Positions 49,870-62,306 of a stretch of 64,000 bases of DNA are shown here, piece by piece; position 1 is the stretch's first letter, and every line of letters begins with the position of its first letter. Made by a program: the position numbers and the translations under genes. The notes under the pieces were generated by a model. That model did not search any database. It was not told the DNA's origin and was given only the letters and a program-made list of their open reading frames with translations. The stretch is from Vicugna vicugna (Eukaryota), in NCBI GenBank assembly GCA_013265495.1, contig MU058714.1, positions 806,001 through 870,000 on the forward strand. Reading direction: 5' to 3'.

Positions 49870-50365
49870 CCTTTAAAAATTATGGTGAGATATTTATAAC
49901 ATAAAATTTTCCATTTTAATCATTTTTAAGTGTACAGTCAGTGGCTAGTGTGCGGTCATTCACACTGTAGCGCAACCAGCACCACCACCCGTCACCAGAC
50001 CTTTGTCATCGTCCCACATTGGACCCCTGTGCCCAGTACACAGTCCGCCCCCATTCCCACTCCCCTGGCCCCTGGAAAGCACCAGCCTGCTTTCTGTCTC
50101 TGTGGATCTGACTCCTCTAGGGACCTCATCTGAGTGGAATCAGGCAGTATTTGTCCTTTGGTGACTGGCCAATGTCACTGAGCATCACGTCCTCAAGGCT
50201 CATCTGCGTCGTAGCGGATGTCAGGGTTTCCTTCCTTCTTACGGCTGGGGGAGCGCCCACCGAGCGGACAGGCCGCACTGCTTTACCCAGTCATCTGTCG
50301 ATGGGCACTTGGACTGCTTCCGCTCCTTGGTGGTTGTAAGTGATGCTGCCGTGAACCCGGCTGTG
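49870..50365 (-). mobile_element. L1MB-like 3' end
   Basis: ataacataaaattttccattttaatcatttttaagtgtacagtcagtggc...gagtggaatcaggcagtatttgtcctttggtgactggc. Confidence 0.8.
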
Positions 50366-51732
50366 CGAGTGTCTGTCCAGGGCGGGGCGCTGTGATGGGA
50401 GGGAACGGGGTGGAGGGAATGGCCACCAGAGTGGCGTTGCGGCAGTGGGGACTCTGCCTCCTCCAAAGTGACCTGCCTCTGGCTTGATCACTGCTCACTC
50501 CGTGAAGCTCCTCAGTTGCGTGGCCCCTGAGTGCCAGGACCAACCTTCTCCATAAGTGGGGGCTCCCCCAGCACCCCGGGGAGGGTGGGGATGTAGGGGA
50601 GACTGGAGAGCTGTCACAAACGAGCTGACAGGCAGCCGAATCCAGGACCGACCACCCTCGACTGGATTGTTCCAGGGCCCAGGTGCACCCACGCCTGGTG
50701 CAGAGGGGCAAAGCAGCATGCAGAAGTGTCACCATCTGATGACAAAGATGTCGACAAGGCAACGCCCTCCTTGTCAGGTCACACTTTCCTCACCTGCATC
50801 AGTCAGCGAGCTCCTCATGACAGCGAGGACGAGACCTCGGAGGCCCGCCCCGGGAAATGTGATTGAGCTGTGTCTGTGTTGGTCAGCTACTGGTCCAGGA
50901 ACGGTGCATAACAAGCCAGCCCAGCTCAGGGCTTTGCACGGCAGCACCAACCCTCCTGGATCTGCGGGGGCTGGGGGCTGCTTCACCCTGCAGGTTGGCT
51001 CTCTTGCCCCCCTTGGGTGGGTGGGCTCACTGGGGCATCCTCTGGCTCTGGAGAAAGAGGCAAACAAGGGGGAGAGTCTACCCTCCCCCAGTACGTTCCC
51101 AGCCCCCAATTTTGCCACTCCACTGGTGTCTCAGTGGCCCAATCAAGTGTCAAGGCCAAGTCTGAAATCCAGGGTCAGGGAAGCACGTTTTGCCTCCGTG
51201 CGAAGAGCCACAGGTCACATGACGGGGGCAAGGACACGGGGTTGGGGAAGGGGGGTGAAGAATGGGGGGCAAGTCTGCCTCCTTTCTGGAACATTCCAAC
51301 AAATGCTGGATGGCCACCGTTCCTTGCCTCCATTCTGGCCCTGGAGGGTAGGTTTATTCGTTCTCACTATCAGATGCTCCAATTGACTCCAGTTCCAAAA
51401 TTCTGTGACTTTTAATCCACGCCTGATGAACTGTACACGCACAATGAAGTTCGTTCTCTGCCAAGAAAACCCCAATGGGCCCAGGGTCCCTCCTTTGTCC
51501 TCAGAGCCCCTGTAAGTGTACCTTTTTTGTTCCAGGCTTCCTGGGAAATAAGAGATTCTGTCTATGGGTTGCTGGGTATTAGCAGAGCTATTTGCGGCTG
51601 GAGGGAAACGCAGAACTTGTCGTGCGTCTACGGGAGCTGTGCTGGCGGGGTCTGGGAGGAGGAAGCGGCGCGCTGAGAATCCGCCCGAGTTGTGGCTGTC
51701 AGCTGCCTCGACTGTCAGACGCATTCTTTTTG

Positions 51733-51734
<2 letters not shown>

Positions 51735-51762
<28 letters not shown>
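51735..51762 (+). repeat. (GT)n microsatellite
   Basis: Direct reading. Confidence 0.95.
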
Positions 51763-51767
<5 letters not shown>

Positions 51768-52246
51768 GAAGTTTCCTTGCTCTTGGCTGTTTCCGAGAAG
51801 GGCCTGGATTACTGAAGAAAATCCAGCTTATGTGTCCAAGGGCAAAGCAGGCTGTTTATCTTTGACTCGCACACGCTCCGCGCATCTCCTGAGGGTTGAC
51901 TCTAAGTAGGATTTATGTCTCCCCAGATGGAAGGTAAAAAAACAAGAAGCCGGCACTGAGTCTGCAGGAGGTGGTGTAGCCAGCACGCGGCTTGCCGTAT
52001 GCTTCATGTGGATTTCAGAAAAGAGGGTTTTTTGGGGGGGTATTAAAACCGGCAATTTTGAAAATCTGCCCTAGTGTTATGAAGCGATCCTGGCGTGGAA
52101 TGTGTGTGGCTGGAACTTTCTGCTGGGCTGTGGGAGCTGGGCTGCGGCCAGGGGCTAGAGACATATTCCTAGAGATGCCCTCGCCCTTTGTGACACTCAG
52201 GTACGTGAAGGGAGGCTCAGGTCTTCAGAGACGAGTGTGCGGAGAG

Positions 52247-52830
52247 CTATGGTGCTTGACTCGGGGGACATCTGGCAAAGTCTGGAGCCATTTGGGGTTG
52301 TCACAATCGGGAGAGGGGAAGTGCTTCTGGCATCTAGTGGGTGGAGACCAGGGAGCTTCTGAACACCCCGCCGCACACAGGGCGGCCCCACAACAGAGAG
52401 TCACCTGCCCAGAGCAATATTCTGCCTGACAGAGGAAGGAAGCCCTCACCCGCTGCGGCAGGGGTGACCCTTGGGGACGTGATGCCCGGCGAAATGAGCC
52501 AGCTGGAGAGAACAGAGGCTGCGGCCCCGTCCACGTCTCTGGTGTCCCTGGAGTAGTCAGACCCAGAGACAGGAAGCAGAGCGGTGGGCGCCCGGGGCGG
52601 GGAGCTCGTGTTTGATGGGGACAGAGTTTGGGAAGGTGGGAAAGTTCTGGAGACAGACGGGGTGATGGCTGCACAACAGTGTGAACGTGCTTAATGCCAC
52701 TGAACTATGCACTCAAAAATGGTTACAAGTGTCATGCATACTTACTGCAATTTTTAAAGATGCTGAAATGCAACAAGAACAAAACAATCATTTGCCCAAA
52801 GTGTCAGCAGTGCTGAGGCCCGGGAACCTG
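52247..52830 (+). mobile_element. MER20 DNA transposon split by an L1 3'-end fragment (L1 at about 52415-52765)
   Basis: MER20 5' part ggggacatctggcaaagtctggagccatttggggttgtcacaa...ggcatctagtgggtggagaccaggg; 3' part gcccaaagtgtcagcagtgctgagg...aacctg. The L1-like ggctgcacaacagtgtgaacgtgcttaatgccactgaac lies between them. Confidence 0.75.
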
Positions 52831-54719
52831 GCGTGAGAGGTGTGTGACAGGTCGGTGCTGCGTGTGGCCAGCTATGGCTGTGCAGGGTTAGACGCAGCCA
52901 TTTCACATACGTGTCAGCCAAGTGTCACGGCCTGCAGAGCAGCAGTTGCCCAAAGCCCCTCCTTCTGCCCCCCCATATCCATAGTCCCCGTTCCGAATCA
53001 TGTGAAAGCAGCCTCACACGCGCTCCCAATCCAGGGGGTCGCTGGGAGGACCTTGCCCCTCCTGGCCGTCCTGCTATGGTTTGGTGTCTCCTGCCTCTGC
53101 TATCAGGGACCCTCAAGGGAGGGCCCGTATCTGTGCCCACGTGCTCCCTGGATACATCCAAGCTGCTTCTTGTAGAACGACCCCCTCAACGCTATGCCAC
53201 ACAGTGTCACCCGGCCCCCAGCAGCCCTGCTTGTGCCCAGAGTCCCCAGAGTCCCCCCGGTCCCAGCTCCTCCAGCTGGAACCCTGCCCCCACAGCTCGA
53301 ACCACGTGCCAGCCCTCCATCACCTTCACCTCCGTCGCGTCCCGAGGAAGCTCTTCCCACCTCCCTTCGTTTCAGTCAGCAGCTCCTGTGCTGGCCTGGG
53401 GGGCACCTCGTCGCTGGGACGCCTGGTGGCCCGTGTGCCCTGGGCCCAGTCTGCCTGAGCTGGAAACGTGGGGGTGCTCTCTGCGGCCCCCTCCCTGCCC
53501 CAGCCTCAACCGCTGGGCCCCCATCGTCCTACCTCCTGAGTTTCTCAGACCCCTCTCCCCCTACCTCCCAGCCCCAGCCCGGGTTTGGACCCCTCCACAT
53601 TTTACCTGGGCCGCCGAAGCAGATTCCTAGGCTGTCGTTGGTCATTGGGACAGTGGGAACACTGTGACTGGTGGAGGGCTGGCCCTCCTCTGCTGGCTGT
53701 CAGAGCCAAGCCCGAGGTCTCCCTGCCCCCCAGCTGCCATCCTTAATGGTTGTGGACACAGAAGTGACTGGGACATGCTGGTCGGCTCAGTGGGACCTCC
53801 CCTTTCCCTCTGGAGCTCCCCAGCTACCGGGCCCACTCATGCACCAGCAGCATGTCCCCACCCCCGACCCCAAGCAGCGTTACCTGCCAGCTTCTGCTTC
53901 CTCCGGTGCCTTCCCTCACCCCCCGATTTGGGGATGTGCTTGGCCTCCCCAGCCGTGACCAGTGGCGCCCCTCACCGTGTCCCGCTGAGCCCTGCCCCCC
54001 TGGACAGAGGCCTTGTCCAGCTTGTTGAGTGATGTGTCCCCATGGCAGGTGCTAGGGAAAACGCCAAGCTCATGGGCACCTGGGCCACCCTACTCTGGAG
54101 GCTTCTCCACTTCGTGGGGCTCGTTTCCAGCTGTCCATTCCCCTCGGTCCCTCACCTGCAGGTATTTCCTGAGTGCCTGTTCCCAGGCAGACACGGGGCC
54201 GGAGCCGCCCGAGACAGACCCCGCTCTGCCCTCACCGGGCCCGCCTTCCAGAGATGGGAGCAGGCAGTGAACAGGTCAGCCGTGCAGGTGAGATGTGCCA
54301 GGAGGTGAGGAGGGCCGGGGTGGGGGGCGGAGGGGGACCTGAGGGCGTGAGAGCAGGGAGACATGGGGACCTGGAGCAGCATGTTCCAGGCCGAGGGAGC
54401 TGCACGTGCAAGGCCTGGAACGGAGGATGAGTTTGGCTTGGGGGTCCCAGGAGGAGCCCAGAGCTCACTGTGACTGCAGCTCAGCGAAAGGCCGTGAAGA
54501 GACAGGCAGTCAGAGAGGTACCAGGGCCAGATCCTGCCAAGCTTTGGTGGTGATGGTAAGATGTCTAGGTTTGTCCTTTGTGAATTGGGCTGTTGGAGGC
54601 TTTTGCACCCTGGAGGGTCCCTAATCTGATTTAAGTTTTATAAGAATCATTTTGCAAAATTTGCAAAATTCCTGCTAAGCCCTGTCTCATTGCGCCCTCA
54701 GGACTCGGTGCCCTGGGTA

Positions 54720-54830
54720 AGCCCATTGTTCCCCCATTCTGCAGATGAGAAAATTGAGGTGCAGAGAGGGAAAGTGAGCTGCCTAACAGGGTTCAGAGCT
54801 CATGAGGGGCAGAGCCGGCTCGTTCCCAAG
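54720..54830 (-). mobile_element. MIR SINE
   Basis: ccccattctgcagatgagaaaattgaggtgcagagaggg. Confidence 0.7.
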
Positions 54831-56499
54831 GCCCGCTGCGGCCCGCACTGCCGTGCACCCAGCCCCACCACGCACTCTCCCAGTGACGCCGCCGGGTGGT
54901 GTCAGGTCACCGTGGAGGGTTCCCAGGTCCACCTTTTCTTTTTGGAAAGTAAACTGGCTCGTGGGAAATTCAGCCCTCTCCTTGACTCTCATTTCCTTTG
55001 TGATCTAACCAAGTGCTTGCGGGGAGACTGCGTGGCAGCGGTGGCTGTGTTGAAAGGCTACAGGGAAGGGGGGGGCGACAGACCTTGGACCCGAGCTGGG
55101 GGTTCTGACCTTGATGGACCGCGTTAGGTCAGCGGTGAAGCCTCTGGTTCCAGAAACGAGTTTCTGCGCCGGCCCAGGGCCCGCCTCGCAGCTCTCATCA
55201 TGCAGATCTTTTTAATCTGGTGGAAATCAACTTGACAGTTACACGGCTGGTCTTTTTTTTTTTTTTTCCTTCATTTCAAGCTCACTCAGCCCCCTGCTCT
55301 GATGAGAGCTGGGCTCCCAGAAGCCTCCGGAAAGCCCTTCTCAGGCTGACTTGGGACTGGATGGTCCCCACTGGAGCGGAGCAGGGAGATCACCCATTGG
55401 GGATGCTCCCCTGTCCCGGCTGCTCCCCCCACCTCTTTGGGGAACAGGGATTGAAAGATGCATAAAAATTAAAACCGTACTCAAAATAAAGGAACGGGGA
55501 ATATATATTTCCAAAGGCGATAACCATCGCAATCACTTTCACTCAAAGGTAATAAAAATACGTTCCGTAAACATAAACTCGGAGATTGGAGGCTGCGCTC
55601 CTGCCACCGCAGGAGGGAAGGCAGAGACTTCCAGAGTCACTCTTGACAGATCCCTCTGATTAAAAACCCGGGAAGGGAAAATATGGGAGGAAGATGGAGA
55701 GTTATGAGGGGAAAATAACTACCAAAACGATGACAAAAATTGAGACTACAAATTACATTTACAAATTTTCTCCTGGCTGACACTCCGCCCGGAACGCGGT
55801 CACATATCATAAGGTGGCTGGTGTGAATGATTCATGGGGCGGGGGCTGTTCTGGACGCAGCACAGAGTGTTCTGATGTGCGGTGGCACCGGCGGCCCTTG
55901 GATGGCTCACTCCAGGCGTCTGCCGCCGCGGTCCCTGCAACCATCAGCCCGACTGCCACGGTGACAAGCCTCTGCCAGCCTCGGCAGCTGGGCTGTCTGC
56001 AGAAAGCCATCCAGGCTGCTCGCTGGAAACACTAATTTCAGATGGATAAATGGAAATTTCTGTCCTCTGTGCCTGCTGGTGTTTGCTTTCTGTGAGAAGA
56101 GAGCTGTGATCGTGGCTAGTTCCAGGTTCCTCCGGCCCTGCCTGGGCTGTGTCCTGGGGGCCACGCCCAGCCCTGCGGACACCTCCCTGCTCTGGGCGCG
56201 CCGGCCCAGTTCCTGCCTGTCCCCGGCCTTTGGTCCTAGCAGGTGACCTGACTCCTGAGCGCTTGGCGCACTTTCTGCGTCTTCCGTCATCAAAACGCAG
56301 ATGAGACGCCGTTGTTCATTTATCGACTTTGCAGAACTCGAGATAATAAAAGCACGGAGGCAAGCCCAAACGCTCGGACTCGGCGAGGAGGGTGGGTGGT
56401 ACCGTGCTCCGCTGGTCTGTATGCAGAGTGGAGTGAGGCTCCTGCAAGCAATGTGAGAAAGTCTCAGGGACCCTGAACAAGCTCATTCCCATTGTTCTT

Positions 56500-56944
56500 C
56501 CTATGGGCTGAGTCATGTCCCCCAGAGACATGCATCCAGGTCCTAAGGCCTGGTACCCGTGACTGTGGCCTTGCTTAGAAATAGGGTCTTTGCAGATGTA
56601 ATTAAGATGTAAATTAAGATGACTTGGGGGGCCCTTAATCTGACATGATTGGAGTCCTTGTAAGACGAGGGGAGACACAGAGACACAGAGGACACCACGC
56701 AGTGCCAGAGGCAGAGGCTGGGGTTCGGCTGGGCGGGCAGAGAAACACCGAGGATGGCAGACGACACTGGAACCTAACAGGCACGGGACAGATTTTCTCC
56801 CGGAGCCTTCAGAAAGAGCTGTGCCCTGTGGACACCTGGATTTCAGACTTCCGGCTTCTAGACCTGCGAGATGGCACATTTCTGTTGTTTTAAGTCCCCT
56901 GGTTTGTAGCACTTTGTGGCGGCAGCCCCTAGCAAACCAATGCA
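56500..56944 (+). mobile_element. MaLR solo LTR (MLT1-type)
   Basis: aaatagggtctttgcagatgtaattaag...ggatttcagacttccggcttctagacctgcgaga...ttctgttgttttaag...gcagcccctagcaaaccaatgca. Confidence 0.85.
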
Positions 56945-57202
56945 GCCTTTTTTTTTCTTCACTCTTTAATTTCTAGGAAGAAGTTTTATAGCTCCTCATT
57001 GGCCAAATTTATTTCCACTTCCTCCCGGGCGCACAGGCCACATATCCCTGTCTCCCTGGCAGTCTCTCGGAAGCACGTGGCCGAGTGACAGAAGCTACAG
57101 ACCTGGCCCCGAGAAGCTCGGCTCCCCTCCGAGATGCCCCCTCTGGCTGGGAGAGACACCTAGCCGAGAGCCCCGGGTCCACGAGACAGAGAGAGTCCAT
57201 CC

Positions 57203-57600
57203 TGTCGACTGAAAAAACAAACGCACAACCCAGAAGCTGAGAGGTACGTTTATTTGGTGGACGTTCTGAGGACTCGAGCCCGGGAGGCGGCCTCTCCGAT
57301 AGCTCTGAGGAGACAGCGGAGGGGCCAGGGTATAAAGGAGTTTGTGCCACAAAGAGCAGGTAGTCAGAATGTGAAAGGTTACTGTTAATTAAGAAAAGCA
57401 GATGTCCCAAGTTAGGGGACTTAGCGCTTTGCTGTGTGTGGAAGGCAGAGGTCTGGGTGCCCTGAAATCACCCCTTTGAAAGGCATCTCAGCTGCTCAGG
57501 GCCAGTGTCCTGTTATCCCACATCCTGAGGCCCTCGGGCGCACCGTCGGGGTGGCCCAATATCCTCTGTGTACTGATGTGGCCGGTAGCATCTTCCATCC
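57203..57600 (-). mobile_element. ERV1-class solo LTR
   Basis: tgtcgactgaaaaaac...gtttatttggtggac...gaggactcgagcccgggaggcggcctctccgatagctctgagg. AATAAA on the minus strand and a terminal CA. The inner end is approximate. Confidence 0.7.
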
Positions 57601-58029
57601 GCAGCCCCCAAGGGCACCCAGACACCCGTGTCGAGCTGTTGTGTGGGCGAGCAGCGGCCTTCTGCTGAGGCTGTTGGGGTCCAGCACTCAGCCGCTCTTC
57701 ACTAAGACGAGGACGTGATCAGACAGGGATAAAAGCCAAGATTCCGGGGCCAGGGTGTTCCGTGCCTCAGTTTACTCACGTGGGGGCTCAAAAGAAAGTC
57801 ACTTTCTCCTCATGGTCAGGTCAGCACGGCCCCTCGCCTTCGCCCTTTGAGCCTTTGGGCAGTCGTCCTTCTGGGGGGGGGGGTGGGGGTTTCTCAGGCA
57901 CCACTCCGGGCCCCCCCCACTGCTTACCCCTCCACAGGGTCAGCCTAGTGTGGGCAGACAGGGGCGGGGTCCCCAGAGGAAGGGAACCAGACGTGGCTTT
58001 TGGGACAAAAGAGAAGCATTGTAGGTGAC

Positions 58030-58760
58030 CTCGCCTGGCCGTGGCGCCTGCCCCTGCCGCGGCAGTCGTCTCCCCGGATATAGATTCTAAGGGGATGAAA
58101 GAACGGCAATGAACAGCGGCCGCCAGACCAGAGGAGTCACCTCCGGGGAGCAGCAGTCAGCGGTGAAGGTAAAGGTTAGCCTGAAGCACATCCTCCTGCC
58201 GTCCTGCAGGCCGAGCGCCTCAGGGCCCCGCCGCCCCCCCCCCCCCCCCGGGGCCCGGGGGGGGGGACGGCCGCGCTGACCTCCAGGACTTCTGTCAACT
58301 ACAGCATGGGCTCCGGCGACCTTGGCCCCAGTTCTGTGCCGACTTTCCCCTGCTCTAGCCCCTCCATGAAGATGCACGTGCCCTTAGCTTGAAACTTGCC
58401 CAGTTGTGCTGTTCAGGGAGACACGGCTTCGGGAAGGATCCCCGGCCTTCTCCTTACATGTTGAGGGTAATGAAACCCTTCCTCCCCCGGCACGTTGGCT
58501 TGGTTGTGTCTTTGGCGCGACACCCCCTGGGAGGCGAGCCCAGACGTGGGGGGCCGGGGGCAGCTGCGGCCCTGAGGTGCGGTGCGCGTGCCAGGCCAGG
58601 CGCTCAGGGCAGCCGAGCCGTCGGCTTTCTGTCTCCGCGGCGGCTCCGCGGGGCCCTGCTTGCCGGAGCCATTCGGCAAACCCCGCCCGCGCGCCCGCCG
58701 CCCTCCCTGGCCCTGTGCCCGCCGCGGGCCAGCGTCAGAAGACGCGGCCCTGTCTTCGTG
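58030..58760. promoter_or_regulatory. Intergenic CpG-rich island
   Basis: Dense CG dinucleotides, e.g. ccccgcccgcgcgcccgccg and ctccgcggcggctccgcggg. No associated coding exon recognised. Confidence 0.5.
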
Positions 58761-59339
58761 GGACTCCTGTCCAGCCGGGGAAAGGGACAGCCAAATAAAC
58801 ACAGATTGGATCAGAACTGTACCCACGGGTAGAGGGTGGAGGGTCTCACGAGTGGGTAAAGGCAGGGTGGCTGGTTTCTCATCCAGCAGGGATGTGCGGG
58901 GCGTGTCGGGGGGACTGTTAATGACATGTCTTGGCAGAGGTGCTGCTGGAGCTGCTCCCGGAAGTCAGCGCATTTGGTCGCCTGGCGAGAACTTACCAGC
59001 CCCCAAGAGCCCTGCCTGGCCAGGCTGCTCCCAGCTGTGGACCCAGCCCTCGCCCGCAGCTCTGCCTCGAGGCACAGCGGGGACAAGTCACCACGACCAC
59101 ACGCTTCTCCAAGACTAGACTGGGGAGCCCCTCTCAGGAAACGCGTCACTGCCGCCACGCTGGCGCCGGCGGGTGGAACAAGCCCCTGGGGAGGATTCAC
59201 ACCGTGCTTAAGAACAGGGGCCTCGGGGCTGTGGGACCCCCACATCCCGGCACTGGGACCGCCCCGGCAGCTGCCACCCCTCATGTTCTAATGGGGAGGG
59301 GACAGCCCCCCGCGGCCATTCTGATGGAGCAGAATTTGG

Positions 59340-59570
59340 GATCCTTAGCCCTGGAGTCAACCTGCAGGTTTGAATCCTGGTTCTATCACGTTACCTGTGT
59401 AACCTTGGGAGGTTCCTTAATCTGTCTGTGCCTCAGCTTCCTTATCTATGAAATGGGGGCGATGGGCGGCTTGTGGGTATTGAGTTAATATGCATGACGT
59501 GCTCAGAAAGGGGCTGGCGCACAGGAAGTGAGCTATGTGAGCCGCCGTCATGCCGATGACTGTTGTAATT
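59340..59570 (+). mobile_element. MIR SINE
   Basis: ggtttgaatcctggttctatcac...ctgtgtaaccttggg...tctgtgcctcagcttccttatctatgaaatgggg. Confidence 0.8.
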
Positions 59571-59942
59571 AGTACTGAATCCAGCACTGAGCCTTCCAAG
59601 GCCCCGCACTCAGGGTTCAGGTCCCTTAGGACGTTTTTGGAAATGAATAGGAGGATATTGGCCTAGTGTCTTTGTAACCGAAGGTCTAGCCTTTGCTGAA
59701 TTTCATGAAACCAAGTGAAAGTCAAGACCACATGCAACATCCCTGAGGGCTGTGCCCACAATTAAAAAAAAATTAAAGTCCTTCCCTATGGGTCACCCCT
59801 ACACAGTTTTCAGGTGCTATCTGCTCCTGGGGTCCACACAACCGCTAAAAATGGCGATCTGCAGAGCACTGAGACGTGAAGACTCGGGAAAATATTTCTG
59901 TTGTAAGTGAAAACGACAAGTCACAAAACGAAATGTTTTATC

Positions 59943-60077
59943 GGGGAAGGCATAGGTCAAGTGGCAGAGCGCATGCTCAGCGTATACAAGGCTCTGGGTT
60001 CAGTTCCCAGCACCTTCTCTAAAAACAAGTAAGTAAACCTAGTTATCCTCCCCCCAAAACCCAAAAACAACAACAAA
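59943..60077 (+). mobile_element. tRNA-derived SINE, camelid Vic-1-like, with target-site duplication
   Basis: Pol III A box (taggtcaagtggcagagc) and B box (gggttcagttccc), then aaacctagttatcctcccccc and an A-rich tail. GAAATGTTT at 59930-59938 and 60078-60086. Confidence 0.8.
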
Positions 60078-60089
60078 GAAATGTTTGTT

Positions 60090-60490
60090 AAATAGTGTTG
60101 TTTGCACAAAATTGAGTGGTGCTTTTTTGCAAGTCCTTACAAATGAGTGTATCCATTTATAACAAATACTTACAGTACAGCCCGGAAGGCTATACAAAGA
60201 AATATTAATAGCAATTATGTCTGAGCAGTGGAGTTAAAAGTGTTTCTTTGTTGTTTACTTTCAAAAGAATGTTTCAGAATGTTATTTTTTAAAGTAAAAA
60301 CCAAATAGAATTTTAAATATATATATATACCAGAAAGAAAAGGCGGACGGAAAACACATAAAGTGGAAAAGTGGTTACCCTGGGCTGTGGACGATGGGTA
60401 ATTTTTATTTCTTTTCTTCATTCTTTTTGACATTTTCCAATTTCCTCCAGCAAGTATTTATGACTTTTATTTTTTAAACTCAAGAAAAAT
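60090..60490 (+). mobile_element. Ancient L1 (L1ME-like) 3' fragment(s)
   Basis: AT-rich; agtggttaccctggg...atgggtaatttttatttcttttc...ttttccaatttcctc. Confidence 0.5.
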
Positions 60491-61781
60491 TGTCGAAGTA
60501 CTGTGTGTTACTGTTTAAAATGTCAAGTAGTATTTCTGGGAGTATCTGCAGGGAGGAGGGTGGTCCCTGCCGGCGCCGCGCCCCGTCACCCCAGCCCTGA
60601 AGCAGGTGGTCCACGTGCTGGGCTGTTTCTTCTTATACTCAGTTCAGCACTTCTCCACAACGTGTTTACAGCATCTTTGCTTTTTAAAAATCAGTTTATG
60701 GTCGGATCCACTATTATCTCCCGTGAAAAATGGGACATTCTGCTCTTACCTCTCCCTTCCACCCCACATGTAAGGTTTTCGTATAAAGAAGCAATTAAAG
60801 TTATTCAAAAAAAAAAAGGAACAAAAAAAGGAAAGGAAATCCACTTTTGAGGCTCAGGCATACATGCTGCGGTCTCCATGACCAGATGGAATTTAACTGT
60901 ATGGCAGCTGGTTACCGATAACCGGCTTCAGCGAGTCCTCACCGTGAGCCTGGACTAGCTGATTTGATGCTTACAACATCTCTGTGTGATGGAAACTCTT
61001 AGTTTCCCTATTTGACTCACGCACTTGGGGCTGGGGTGCGTTCAGCGCCTCTGCCGGGATCCCAGGACGCAGAAACGCCAGAGTGGGGACTTGAGCCTTG
61101 GTGTGTGTGTGGCTCCCAGGGGCACAAGGCGGTTCTCGGGGCCCCCCGTCCTGGCCTTGGACGTGCTGGTTGGACTCTCGCCCAGGCCTGGCCAGCAGAG
61201 AAATCTTGAGAAAGCTGTTTAATCATTCTATGTCTCAATTTCCTGGCTGGATCTAAAACAGGAGCCTTCAGGGGGGTTGTTAGGAGGATTAAATGAGTTA
61301 ATTCTCATGCAAAGGGCTTGGCTTTCCATGAACGCTCACGAGCAGGATCACAGTATTTCAGTTACTGGCATGGCCTCCAATCCCCCTTATTAAAGGCAGA
61401 GGCAACAGCGGGGTTCGCCTTGGCTCCCCCAGGACCTCGTGCTCGCAGAGAACCTGAGCATCACGGATGGGATGTGGATATTACACAAAGTGACAAATGG
61501 GGGCTTTAAAAAGAGAAGTGGTGGTGTTATTCGCATTTTCCTAAAAGTAGAATCTTACTGTAGGAGATACTATTAAAAAAAAGGTTATAAACTTCAGTTG
61601 GCATTTTTTTTAAATTGGATAACACATTTTCTCAATAGAATTTCTATCATAAGCGCTGTCCTTTGCTTTTTTTTTCTTTTTTCCTTTAAGCGCTCTTTCT
61701 GCTCTGGGCGCAGACGCCGTCGCAGTGATCCCACCTCCGGGGTCCTGGGGGAGGAAGAAGGGCGCTCACACCAATGGAACT

Positions 61782-62306
61782 TGTGACCTGGCTCGTTCTG
61801 CTCGCCACACGGCAGGCCAGTAAATCGGGAGACGAGGTACTGGGGCCAGGAATAGCGACTTTACTCAGAACGCAGGCAGTCCAAGAAGATGGCAGACTGA
61901 TGTCCTGGAGAACCATCTTCCCCAAGTCAGAATTCAGGCTCCCTTTATACCAAAAGGGGGGGGTGTGCTTGGCTGTTGCAGACTTCTTGGTTCTTGGAAT
62001 TCTTGGTTCTTGGAATCCTTTGTTCTTGCAGCTGTCCATGTGGGTCAGGTCACGGTGTCCCTGTAAACCTCGAACAAAACAAATGTTATTTTCTATCCTG
62101 CAATGTGTTATCCTTATATGATGGAAAAGTTTTAATATCCTTAAAGGGCAGAGCCTTGTGAATGGGCCCTCCTGTATATTCCAGGTTATAGGCATCATTC
62201 TTTACAAAAGGTGCAGAAGCAGCAATGACTCAGCCCAGGAAAGAGCACAGGGTCAGAACCAAAGGAACGGGCCGAATATGGAGGCAGATTTGTCCTTTCC
62301 TAGTCA
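61782..62306 (-). mobile_element. ERV1-class solo LTR (MER41/MER39-like)
   Basis: Minus strand begins TG (tgactaggaaaggacaaatctgcctccatatt) and ends CA (ggcgagcagaacgagccaggtcaca). Internal TATA-like tataaagggagcctgaattc and poly(A)-like agtaaagtcgctattcc. Confidence 0.75.

Noticed and set aside
59943..60015. tRNA gene
   Set aside because: The cloverleaf is degenerate and is followed by a SINE body, A-rich tail and TSD. It is a SINE, not a tRNA.
61686..62198. 170 aa minus-strand ORF
   Set aside because: It lies almost entirely within a solo LTR and shows no gag, pol or env motifs.
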